Assembly (NCBI GenBank): GCA_913042995.1
Contig: CAJWMA010000003.1
Location: 1-36,094, forward strand
Direction: 5' to 3'
Source: an uncultured bacterium
GTDB taxonomy: Bacteria; Planctomycetota; UBA8108
Length of the DNA stretch: 36,094 bases
Part shown: in pieces, positions 16,459-25,644 of the stretch
Layout of the letters: every line of letters starts with the position of its first letter
Numbering within the stretch: the stretch's first letter is position 1
Position numbers and translations under genes: made by a program
The notes under the pieces: model-generated
Database searches by the model: none
What the model saw: the letters and a program-made list of their open reading frames with translations, nothing else
Told to the model about the DNA's origin: nothing

Positions 16459-17844
16459 ATGAACACTGGAAGTCCGTTAGCCAGAAGAACGTTTCTCAGG
16501 GGTGTAGGGACAGCCATGGCGCTGCCCTTCCTTGATGCCATGCTTCCCTCGGATCTCCTGGTCAGGGCCCACGCCGCCGGAAAGAAATTTCCCCGTCGTA
16601 TGGCCTTCTTCTATGTGCCCAACGGGGCGCATATGCCGACGTGGACTCCCGAGAAGACCGGCGCGCTCAGACAGCTTCCAGAGACGCTCGCGCCGCTCAA
16701 GGATCTGCGCAGCCATATGCTCGTTCTCAGCGGGTTGACCCAGGACAAGGCGCGTGCCAACGGCGATGGCCCCGGCGACCACGCCAGGTCAGCCGCCGCC
16801 TTTCTTACCGGGGCGCAGCCCAAGAAAACCAATGGAAAAGATATCAAGGTGGGGGTCTCGGTCGACCAGTACGCCGCTGCCCGCATAGGAAAAGAGACCT
16901 CTTTTCCCTCGCTTGAGATCGGTTGTGATAAAGGTAAACAGACCGGAAGCTGTGATTCGGGATATAGCTGCGCCTATTCGCACAATCTCTCCTGGAAGAA
17001 CGCCTCGATGCCGATGGCCAAGGAGACCAGTCCCCGCCAGCTCTTCGATCGTCTCTTTCCGAATATTTCGGAACAGAAGACCCAGGTCAATGAGCGCTAT
17101 CGCAAGAGCATCCTCGATTTTGTTCTTGGTGATGCCAGGAAACTCAGCAGGAAGCTGGGCTCGAGCGACAGCCGCAAGCTTGACGAATACCTGACCGCGG
17201 TCCGTGAAATAGAGGGCCGCCTCTCCCGGGCCCAGGCCGACAAGGAAAAGGACGGAACCCTTCGCAAGCTTCCGAAGGATGCGGAGAAGGTCGGCCAGAG
17301 CCTCCCGGGTGGAAGGCCCGGTGATTACGGCGAGCACATCAGGCTCCTCGGTGACATCATGATTCTCGCTTTCCAGGCCGACCTGACCCGGGTGGCGACC
17401 TTCATGTTTGCCAACGAGGGCAGCAATAAGAGCTACAAGAACGTTGGTGTTCCCGAGGGCCATCATTCTCTGTCCCATCACGGCAACGACAAGGGTAAGC
17501 AGGCGAAGATCAGGAAGATCAACAAATTCCATATGGACCAGTTTGTCTACCTCATGAAGAAACTGAAGGCTTCAACCGAGGGGTCCTACAGTCTTCTCGA
17601 CAACTCGATGATCCTCTACGGCAGTGGTATCGGCGATGGGAACCGTCACAATCATCATGAGCTTCCGATCATCCTGATGGGCAAGGGCGGCGGCACCCTC
17701 AAGCCGGGGCGCCATGTGCGCTATCCGAAGAATACACCGCTCAACAATCTCTACCTCGCCATGCTTGAGCGCATGGGGGCGCCCTGCAAGAAACTCGGTG
17801 ACTCCACTGCTCGACTGAACAACCTCTACTCTTCGAAGTACTGA
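16459..17844 (+). CDS. DUF1552 (HXXSHH domain) protein, Tat-exported
   Basis: Twin-arginine signal ARRTFLRG...ALPFLDAM; YVPNG, SVDQ, CDSGYSCAY, LDEYL..VREIE, HHSLSHH, LLDNSMILYGS, NRHNH. This is the usual partner of DUF1592 proteins. Confidence 0.92.
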   Translation: MNTGSPLARRTFLRGVGTAMALPFLDAMLPSDLLVRAHAAGKKFPRRMAFFYVPNGAHMPTWTPEKTGALRQLPETLAPLKDLRSHMLVLSGLTQDKARANGDGPGDHARSAAAFLTGAQPKKTNGKDIKVGVSVDQYAAARIGKETSFPSLEIGCDKGKQTGSCDSGYSCAYSHNLSWKNASMPMAKETSPRQLFDRLFPNISEQKTQVNERYRKSILDFVLGDARKLSRKLGSSDSRKLDEYLTAVREIEGRLSRAQADKEKDGTLRKLPKDAEKVGQSLPGGRPGDYGEHIRLLGDIMILAFQADLTRVATFMFANEGSNKSYKNVGVPEGHHSLSHHGNDKGKQAKIRKINKFHMDQFVYLMKKLKASTEGSYSLLDNSMILYGSGIGDGNRHNHHELPIILMGKGGGTLKPGRHVRYPKNTPLNNLYLAMLERMGAPCKKLGDSTARLNNLYSSKY

Positions 17845-17880
17845 TTCCGCCTTCGACAGTTCGCCGCCTCTAGAGGTTTT

Positions 17881-19515
17881 TCAGCGCGGTCTCTTCTCGG
17901 CCTTTCCGTTCAGCTCCCAATGCCACGGGTAATCCAGGTACCGAACCGTGATTTTTCTGCCGCTACGGGCGGCCTGATGAAGGGCCGCGTGGTAGTGGGC
18001 GGCGTGGGCCTGGACCGAACCGGAGATGGCCTCGAAGTCAGTGTAATACCATTCGTAGATCGGGCTGAGCTCGAGAAGCCCTTCCCGGAGATCGAAGCGC
18101 AGCCAGGTCTCCTTTGAATGCACGAGCCGCGCCTGTTCTTCAAGCTGGCTCTCGAGCTTCGCTCCCGTGTAGGCCTCCGAGCGAAGGGGAGGACAGCCGG
18201 CGGCCGCGCAGACCAGCGCGAAGTGGATTCGCGCTTCGCGGAAATGGTTCCTGATCTGGTCGTGTTCGATTTCGTCCAGGCTCAGGCTCTTACCGCCGAT
18301 CTTCCAGCGCGGGTCTTCCCAGCGTATCTCCTCGGGGATATCGAGGATCGAGTCGATGCGGCCATGGTGGTCCAGCACCAGGCGAAGGGTGAAGGCGTTG
18401 TAGGCGTTGATGAGCAGGGCCAGTCGTTCGTCTCTTCCCAGGCGGTCGAGATCCTGGCCGCCAAGGCTCTCAATATAGCGGTCAAGATCTTCGGAGTTGG
18501 CGGCAAGGGCCGGGTAGTCAACCCAGCCCTCCGGGTCGACATGCGTTCTGAGGACCGAGTTCAGGAGAGAGTGGTCAACCACGGATTCTCCTCTGTTGGC
18601 CGAGTAGCTCTCGGTCAGCTCGGCGCGCGGCGGGCCAAGAAGATCGACCAGCGCCTCACGCAGGAGGTTTGGCTGGAACCGGCTGAGGAGGCCGCAGGCC
18701 AGGATGAGCGCTCCGGCCGCGGCGAGCAGGATGGTCTTGAGATCGATGCTCCGGGCCGGGGGAGACGGCTTGTCAAATTTACCAAGTGAGGCAAGCTGGC
18801 CGCGGGCCAGCCGGGTGACGTAGATTGTCGCGGCCACCGTGGCGAGCAGCCCGGCTCCCTGGAGGATCCACCTCGCTGTCTGCAGCGGCTCCTCTCCCGT
18901 TGCCGCGCCGGCCGCTTCGCGAGAGATATAGCCAAGGTAGACGTAGAGGAAGGTGCCCGGGAGCATCGCGATCCAGCTCGCGAGAGTGTAGGTGAGAAAA
19001 CGAACAGGGGTCAGTCCCCAGAGATAGTTCTGTAGATTGAATGGGATAGCCGGAGAGAGCCGCATGAGGGCGACCGTCTTCCAGCCGCCCTCCTCGAGCG
19101 CCTTGTCGATGGCCGTGAGGTAGGGGCGCTGTTCCAGCAGGCGCGAGACCCGGTTCCTGGCCAGGCGCCGGGCGGCCAGAAACGACAGGGCGGCTCCCGC
19201 GGTGGAGGCGATCGAGACAGTCAGGGTGCCGACTCCCAGGCCGAAGGAGACCCCGGCAAAGAAGGTCAGGATGGAGCCCGGCACCATCGCCACGGTGGCG
19301 ATGGCGTAGGTGACCCCATAGAGGATGGGACCCCAGGGACCCGCGTCATCGATCAATGATGAGAGCCGCCTGAGCGATGATTCAAGCGGCAGGGAGCCTG
19401 CGCAAAGCAGCAGGCCGGTGATGAGCATCAGCGCCGAGATCCAGCGAAGGGCGCTTCCCAGGCCTTTCAGGCCTCTTTCCCGCGACAATTCAGGGGCTGG
19501 GGGATCGGTCTTCAT
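17881..19515 (-). CDS. DedA/VTT (TVP38/TMEM64) membrane domain fused to DUF547
   Basis: PGSILTFFAG..FG, RLSPAIPFNLQNY and WIAMLPGT (SNARE_assoc/VTT), followed by VDYPAL, LALLINAYNA, IHFALVCAAAGCPPLR and SPIYEWY (DUF547). Confidence 0.88.
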   Translation of the reverse strand: MKTDPPAPELSRERGLKGLGSALRWISALMLITGLLLCAGSLPLESSLRRLSSLIDDAGPWGPILYGVTYAIATVAMVPGSILTFFAGVSFGLGVGTLTVSIASTAGAALSFLAARRLARNRVSRLLEQRPYLTAIDKALEEGGWKTVALMRLSPAIPFNLQNYLWGLTPVRFLTYTLASWIAMLPGTFLYVYLGYISREAAGAATGEEPLQTARWILQGAGLLATVAATIYVTRLARGQLASLGKFDKPSPPARSIDLKTILLAAAGALILACGLLSRFQPNLLREALVDLLGPPRAELTESYSANRGESVVDHSLLNSVLRTHVDPEGWVDYPALAANSEDLDRYIESLGGQDLDRLGRDERLALLINAYNAFTLRLVLDHHGRIDSILDIPEEIRWEDPRWKIGGKSLSLDEIEHDQIRNHFREARIHFALVCAAAGCPPLRSEAYTGAKLESQLEEQARLVHSKETWLRFDLREGLLELSPIYEWYYTDFEAISGSVQAHAAHYHAALHQAARSGRKITVRYLDYPWHWELNGKAEKRPR

Positions 19516-19696
19516 TTACTTCTCAGGCGTTGGTTCGGCTTGTTCCGGCCGTTTGGGGCTCTGTGGGTCTTTTACGGCAGGTCCCTGGGTTTTGAAAGGG
19601 CATCTTAATGGTACACTAGATGGTAAGTAAGTCACTGGCTGGAGTTAGAGTGGGAAGTGGGCTGAATGAGTTTTCATCTGGAAGGGGCGCTTACCC

Positions 19697-21988
19697 GTGA
19701 ATAGAGGTTCTCTCGTGTACTCCAGGTCCGTAATTTCCACATACCTGTGCGTCATGCTCCTCTTGCCTGGCACCGCTGCCGTTCTGCAGGCTGCTCCGGA
19801 GAATGATGATTACGCAGATGCCGCTGCTCTCGAAGGTCTCTCAGGCCACTGGACCGGCGACAATCGCGGAGCGAGCCGGGAGCTCGGTGAGGAGCTCCAC
19901 GCTGACAATGCAGGGGGCGCTTCGGTCTGGTTTCGCTGGACCGCGGTTTTTACTGGCAGGCTTACCGTCTATACCTTCGGCAGCGATTTCGATACCCTGC
20001 TCGCCTCCTATACTGGAGAGACCGTCGGCAATACGGTTTTTCTCGAATCCAACGATGATTCCTGGGATGATTTTCAAAGCAGGATCGTCTTTCCCGTCAC
20101 CCAGGGGCGGGAGTATCGCATTGTCGTTGATGGCTGGAATGGCAATGTCGGGAACATCCTGCTGACCTGGCACCTCTCGCGCTCCGGCGGAGCGCCCGCC
20201 AATGACGCGTTCTCCGCGGCCTGGGAGCTTGACGGGCCGGCGGGGATGGAGATCGGCAGCAATACCGGCTCTTCCCGGGAAGAAGAGGAGCCCTATCATC
20301 TTGGCCAGATCCCGGGCCGCTCGGTCTGGTACACCTGGACTCCCGCCAATGATGGAGAGGCATCTTTCAGCACGGATGGAAGCGGCTTCGATACCCTGCT
20401 GGCGGTCTACACAGGTGATTCAATAGATGCCCTGGAGCGTATCACCCAGAACGATGATGTGGACGAGGTAGGTACCCCCGGTTTCAGCCGGGTGCGGTTT
20501 CGAGTCTCCGCGGGAGTTCCTTATCATCTGGTCGTCGATGGTCAGAACGAGGATATTGGTGTTTTCATTCTGCGCTGGGTTTTTTCGATCCCCTGCGATT
20601 CCCCTCCCCGTCCGGAGGCGCCGGTGCCGGGCGATGCATCGGTTGAGGTGGGTCGCCGGCTGACCCTGCAATGGAACCAGGCACGGCAGGTAGCTGCCCG
20701 GATTGTCTATGGCGAAGATGACCGGATGGAGGCCTACGCGGTCATCCAGGAGGATCGGCGCGAAGCTCTCGAGTCCATCGCCATGGTAGTAGACCGCGCC
20801 GAGCTGACCGAGAATCCCGACGGGACGTTCAGCCTCCCGGCGCGGACCCTTGGAGAGACGGCCTCCTTCTGCGAAACGGAGAGATTTGTCGACCAGCCGA
20901 ATCCGGGGATCTGCTCGGCTTTCCTGGTTGGCCCCGATCTCCTCGCCACCAGCGGACAGTGCCTGTCAGATGACTCCGACTGCGGCCGGTTTGCCTTTGT
21001 CTTTGGCTGCAGGATGGAGAGGCCTGGAGTTCCCATCCTGGACTTCGATGCTTCCCAGGTCTATTTCTGCGAGGGCATTCTCCAGAACCGGGTTGAAGGG
21101 CAGGGCGCCGATTGGGCGGTTGTCCGGGTTGACCGGGAGGTTGATGGCCGGGAGCCCTTCGCGGTTCGGCGTGAAGGGCAGGTTGAGGAGGGTCAGGAGC
21201 TGCTGGCGATGGGCCATCCATTCGGGCTCCCTCTCAAGGTCTCGGATGGAGCCGTGGTTCGGGACGCCCGCCAGCCTGAAATATTCGTAGCCAGTATCGA
21301 CGCGGCCTACGGAGGCCCCGGGCGCGGAAGCTCGGGCTCGCCTGTTCTCGACGCGCGAACCCTGCTGGTCGAGGGCATCCTGGTGCGTGGGGAGGAAGAT
21401 GTCATTGAAGAGAACGGCTGCTTTGTGAGCCTTCGCTGCGGGGATGAGGTCTGTCGCGGGGAGGACGTGACGCGCGCAGCGGAATTCCAGCACCTCGTTC
21501 CGCCGAATCTTGACAATGTCATCTACGAGGTCTGGATGGGATCCTGCGGAGGACTGGTCAAGATTGGCGAGACAAGCTCGACCAGTTGGGAGATCGAGGA
21601 GAGATTAGACAGGGCCACTCCCTATTGCTGGCGCATCGTGGCGCGCAATGAATGCGGACGGGTCTTCGGTCCAAGCTGGAGCTTTATCACCACGGCGGCG
21701 CTCGATCCGGTCTTTCGCCGGGGCGATGTCAACCAGGACGAGCTGGCCAATCTCAGCGATGCCATCGGCATTCTCAACTACCTGTTCCTCGAGGGAGATA
21801 CGCCGGGCTGTCTCAACACCGCCGACGTCGATGACTCCGGACAGGTGGATATTACCGATGGAGTCTATCTCTTGAACTATCTCTTCATCGGCGGCGCTCC
21901 TCCGGCCGAGCCCCTGGCGGCCTGCGACATCGATGTCACTCCGGATGTCGGCCTGGGCTGCGAGTTCTACACCCCCTGCGGTTTCTGA
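19697..21988 (+). CDS. Secreted multidomain protein: two PPC-like beta-sandwich repeats, trypsin-like domain (His to Gln), FN3-like segment, dockerin-like C-terminus
   Basis: Signal peptide; two repeats ND(D/A)(Y/F)...SVW(F/Y)xWT...FDTLLAxYTG...NDD; IVYGEDDR, CSAFLVGPDLLATSGQC, DWAVVRVDR, GHPFGLPLK, GSSGSPV; FRRGDVN..NLSDAI..LNYLF..DVDDSG.VDITD. The exact start is uncertain. Confidence 0.85.
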   Translation: MNRGSLVYSRSVISTYLCVMLLLPGTAAVLQAAPENDDYADAAALEGLSGHWTGDNRGASRELGEELHADNAGGASVWFRWTAVFTGRLTVYTFGSDFDTLLASYTGETVGNTVFLESNDDSWDDFQSRIVFPVTQGREYRIVVDGWNGNVGNILLTWHLSRSGGAPANDAFSAAWELDGPAGMEIGSNTGSSREEEEPYHLGQIPGRSVWYTWTPANDGEASFSTDGSGFDTLLAVYTGDSIDALERITQNDDVDEVGTPGFSRVRFRVSAGVPYHLVVDGQNEDIGVFILRWVFSIPCDSPPRPEAPVPGDASVEVGRRLTLQWNQARQVAARIVYGEDDRMEAYAVIQEDRREALESIAMVVDRAELTENPDGTFSLPARTLGETASFCETERFVDQPNPGICSAFLVGPDLLATSGQCLSDDSDCGRFAFVFGCRMERPGVPILDFDASQVYFCEGILQNRVEGQGADWAVVRVDREVDGREPFAVRREGQVEEGQELLAMGHPFGLPLKVSDGAVVRDARQPEIFVASIDAAYGGPGRGSSGSPVLDARTLLVEGILVRGEEDVIEENGCFVSLRCGDEVCRGEDVTRAAEFQHLVPPNLDNVIYEVWMGSCGGLVKIGETSSTSWEIEERLDRATPYCWRIVARNECGRVFGPSWSFITTAALDPVFRRGDVNQDELANLSDAIGILNYLFLEGDTPGCLNTADVDDSGQVDITDGVYLLNYLFIGGAPPAEPLAACDIDVTPDVGLGCEFYTPCGF

Positions 21989-22007
21989 GGGAGGCCGGGG
22001 CTGCGAA

Positions 22008-22787
<780 letters not shown>

Positions 22788-22910
22788 GGGTCTTTCCTGG
22801 AAAAAAGGGTGAAATTCGAGGCAAATATATTCGGTCGTTCGAAGAAACGGCCTGAGCGTGCGTCAGGGCCGGAATTGTGATAGATTTGAACTGGCTGGGC
22901 AAGATTTTCT

Positions 22911-22940
22911 TTGCCGATGGGCTCATCTGAGGGCTATATT
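22911..22940 (+). promoter_or_regulatory. Putative promoter of the arg leader/operon
   Basis: TTGCCG (22911-22916), 18 bp, TATATT (22935-22940), about 80 bp upstream of the leader ATG. Confidence 0.4.
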
Positions 22941-23021
22941 CGGCAGTTAAGCGTTGTCGTGCGGCAACGGTGCCAGTCACGGCTAAAACCCGGTTGAATA
23001 GCATATTTGGGGTTCGCAAAG

Positions 23022-23114
23022 ATGAATACTCTTCGTTCTAGACCTAGATCAACCCGCAGACGCTCCAGAGCGTCCTGCGCCCGTTGTCGGCTGGCTCGAA
23101 GATCCCGCATCTGA
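23022..23114 (+). CDS. Arginine-rich leader peptide (30 aa) of the arg operon
   Basis: ATG...TGA reads MNTLRSRPRSTRRRSRASCARCRLARRSRI, with 12 of 30 residues Arg (AGA x5, CGC x3, CGT x2, CGG, CGA). It lies directly upstream of an antiterminator/terminator pair and argB. It is below the ORF-track size cutoff. Confidence 0.8.
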   Translation: MNTLRSRPRSTRRRSRASCARCRLARRSRI

Positions 23115-23188
23115 GAAAACGCCAGGGGGCCGAGAGGAATTCCCGGACCCCGGCGAAGCGGAAACAACCAGATCTTTGAAGGCCAGCC
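23089..23188 (+). promoter_or_regulatory. Antiterminator helix of the arg attenuator
   Basis: GGCTGGCTCGAAGATC (23089-23104) pairs with GATCTTTGAAGGCCAGCC (23171-23188): 16 bp with one G-U and a 2-nt bulge. It encloses a GC-rich hairpin at 23120-23155 and overlaps the 5' arm of the terminator. Confidence 0.75.
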
Positions 23189-23223
23189 CACTCCGGAATC
23201 AGTCACTGGAGTCGGGTTTTTTT
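23185..23223 (+). terminator. Intrinsic (attenuator) terminator upstream of argB
   Basis: AGCCC-ACTCCGG / 9-nt loop / CTGGAGT-C-GGG followed by T7 (23217-23223) and CGTTT. It ends 46 bp before the argB GTG, and no plus-strand gene other than the leader precedes it. Confidence 0.85.
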
Positions 23224-23269
23224 CGTTTCACGCCCCCATTTACCAGCTAATACCAGGATTTAAAGTCTC

Positions 23270-24181
23270 GTGGAAAACATAGAAGTACTCAAACACGCGC
23301 TCCCCTACATCAGGCAGTACCGCGATTCGACCTTTATCATCAAGGTCGGCGGCGAGCTGTTGCAGGCCGATGGTTTTCTTGATCGTCTCAGCCACGATGT
23401 CGCCCTGCTCTACCAGCTGAATATTCGCGTGGTCATTATCCACGGCGGCGGTCCCCAGCTCTCTGAGATGGCGGAGAAGATCGGGATTGAGAGCGTCAAG
23501 GTCAACGGGCGCAGGATCACCGACGACCGCATGATCGAGGTGGCCAATATGGTCTTCAGCGGCGCCTCCACCGACATCCTGGGGGCTCTGCGCAGTCACG
23601 GGACGCCCGCGGTCGGTCTCTCCGGAGTCGATGGCGACCTGGTCCAGGCGACGAGGCGGCCGCCCGTGAAGCTGGTTGACAGGGAGACGGGAGAGGAGAA
23701 GGAGGTCGACTTCCAGAACGTCGGCGACATCGATGTGGTGGATTCCAAGGTTCTGAATGTCCTTCTCGATAATCGGTTTGTTCCCGTGGTCGCGCCGCTG
23801 GGAGCCGATAGCGCCGGCAACGTGCTCAACATCAACGCCGACACCATCGCCTCCATGGTCTCCGCGGCCATGCCAGCCGAGAAGCTCTTCCTGCTGACGA
23901 ATGTGGGTGGAGTTCTCGAAGATATAGATGATCCTTCGAGCCGTATCAGCTATCTCACAGAGTCAAGCGCCGAGAGCCTGCTCGCCGACGGGGGCGTCTC
24001 GGGCGGCATGATGCCGAAGCTGCAGTCGGCTGTCGACGCCGTGCGCGCGGGAGTGAAGCGGGCGCATATTATTGATGGCCTGGCGGATAACTCGCTCCTC
24101 TTCGAGGTCTTCACCAAGAAGGGGACCGGCACGATGGTCATCAGCGATAGCGCCGAGTCCGAATACCTGGAGCAGGGATGA
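23270..24181 (+). CDS. argB: N-acetylglutamate kinase
   Basis: ALPYI, IIKVGG, HGGGPQ, GRRITD, GLSGVDG, NINADTIA, GGMMPKL, LLFEVFTKKGTGT. Confidence 0.95.
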   Translation: MENIEVLKHALPYIRQYRDSTFIIKVGGELLQADGFLDRLSHDVALLYQLNIRVVIIHGGGPQLSEMAEKIGIESVKVNGRRITDDRMIEVANMVFSGASTDILGALRSHGTPAVGLSGVDGDLVQATRRPPVKLVDRETGEEKEVDFQNVGDIDVVDSKVLNVLLDNRFVPVVAPLGADSAGNVLNINADTIASMVSAAMPAEKLFLLTNVGGVLEDIDDPSSRISYLTESSAESLLADGGVSGGMMPKLQSAVDAVRAGVKRAHIIDGLADNSLLFEVFTKKGTGTMVISDSAESEYLEQG

Positions 24182-25545
24182 TGCGAAGCGGACGATTCGA
24201 AAAAGGCATGGCCGACAATATGCGGAGCCTCAACGCCTCCATCAGCTTCGATAAGCGGTTCTACCGCGAGGATATCGAGGCCAGCAAGGCCTGGGCGCGC
24301 GGTCTGTCGGGGCTTGGCTTTCTCTCCGAGGATGAGCTGGGCCAGATCTGCTCAGGGCTGGACCAGGTCGCCGGCGAGATCGAGTCGGGAAGCTTCACCT
24401 TCAGTGAAGAGCTTGAGGACATCCACATGAACGTCGAGGCCCGGTTGAGCGAGCTCATCGGGGAGGCCGGGGCGAAGCTGCATACCGGCAGGAGCCGCAA
24501 TGACCAGGTGGCGACGGACTTCCGTCTCTATGTGAAGCGAGCCGCTGAAGAAGCAGCCGATGCCATCGGGGCACTGATGAAGGCGGTCGTCGAGAGCGCT
24601 GAGGCGTGCCAGGATGTCGTTATTCCCGCCTACACTCACCTGCAGCGCGCCCAGCCGGTGCTCTTTTCCCATCACCTGCTGGCCTATGTAGAGATGCTCG
24701 AGCGCGACAGGCGCCGGTTCCTCTGGGCCGCGGAGCAGGCCGACTCCTGCCCACTGGGCTCGGGAGCCTGTGTCGGTAACCAGTTTGGCATCGACAGGGA
24801 GAAGCTGCAGGAGGATCTGGGCTTCAGCTCGTTGACCTCTAATTCGCTCGATGGAGTGAGCGACCGGGATTTTGCCTGCGATTTTCTCTACGCCGCCTCC
24901 ATGCTGATGGTTCACCTCTCGCGTTTCAGCGAGGACATCATCCTCTGGATGACCAGCGAATTCGGCTTCGTGCGCCTGGATGATTCGGTTACCTCCGGCA
25001 GCTCGATGCTTCCACAGAAGAAGAACCCCGATGCCTGCGAGCTGGCCCGCGGTAAGACTGGCCGGGTTGTGGGTCATCTCATCGGGCTGCTGACCTGCCT
25101 GAAGGGATTGCCGCTGTCCTACAATAAGGATCTGCAGGAGGACAAGGAGGGGGTCTTTGATACTCATGATACCCTGCTTGGCATTCTTGGGGTGTTTACG
25201 ACGATGGTCGAGACCATGCAGGTTGACCGGGAGCGTACAGCCGGAAGCCTCGAGGGCGGGTATCTCGAGGCGCTTGGAGTCGCGGACTACCTGACCCGAA
25301 AGGGAATGCCCTTTCGGGAGGCCCATGGCCTTGCAGGGAGCTGTGTACGGAGAGCCGAGGAGCTGGGGGTTTCGCTTCCTTCTCTCGACCTCGAGGAGTA
25401 CCGCTCCATCCACGAGGCCTTCGAGGAGGATCTCTTCGAGGCGATCTCGGTCGAGGGCTCGCTCGCCGACAAGGATGTGCCCGGGGGTACCGCCCCGAGC
25501 CAGGTCGCCGCGCAGCTCGAGCGCTGGAGGGAGGCGCTCAAATGA
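24178..25545 (+). CDS. argH: Argininosuccinate lyase
   Basis: [58 protein letters not shown]. Confidence 0.97.
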   Translation: MMRSGRFEKGMADNMRSLNASISFDKRFYREDIEASKAWARGLSGLGFLSEDELGQICSGLDQVAGEIESGSFTFSEELEDIHMNVEARLSELIGEAGAKLHTGRSRNDQVATDFRLYVKRAAEEAADAIGALMKAVVESAEACQDVVIPAYTHLQRAQPVLFSHHLLAYVEMLERDRRRFLWAAEQADSCPLGSGACVGNQFGIDREKLQEDLGFSSLTSNSLDGVSDRDFACDFLYAASMLMVHLSRFSEDIILWMTSEFGFVRLDDSVTSGSSMLPQKKNPDACELARGKTGRVVGHLIGLLTCLKGLPLSYNKDLQEDKEGVFDTHDTLLGILGVFTTMVETMQVDRERTAGSLEGGYLEALGVADYLTRKGMPFREAHGLAGSCVRRAEELGVSLPSLDLEEYRSIHEAFEEDLFEAISVEGSLADKDVPGGTAPSQVAAQLERWREALK

Positions 25546-25644
25546 TCATGGGCCAGGTAAAGAAACAGAACCAGGAGACCGGCGCGGTTGCCGGTCGGAT
25601 TAACGCGCTCCAGGCGCGATTCCAGAAGGACCACGGATAACCAA

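Noticed and set aside
22993-23010. TGAATAGCATATTT upstream of the leader as an ArgR ARG box
   Set aside because: Only the TGAAT half matches. The ATTCA half-site and the usual tandem second box are missing.
22940-23223. T-box or metabolite riboswitch as the explanation for the arg leader terminator
   Set aside because: I found no T-box consensus (AAxxxGGGTGGxACCGCG) or recognisable aptamer. The Arg-rich uORF and the overlapping antiterminator explain the region better.
25577-25596. Hairpin GACCGGC-N6-GCCGGTC between argH and argG
   Set aside because: There is no U-tract and it is not repeated elsewhere. At most it is an mRNA stability element.
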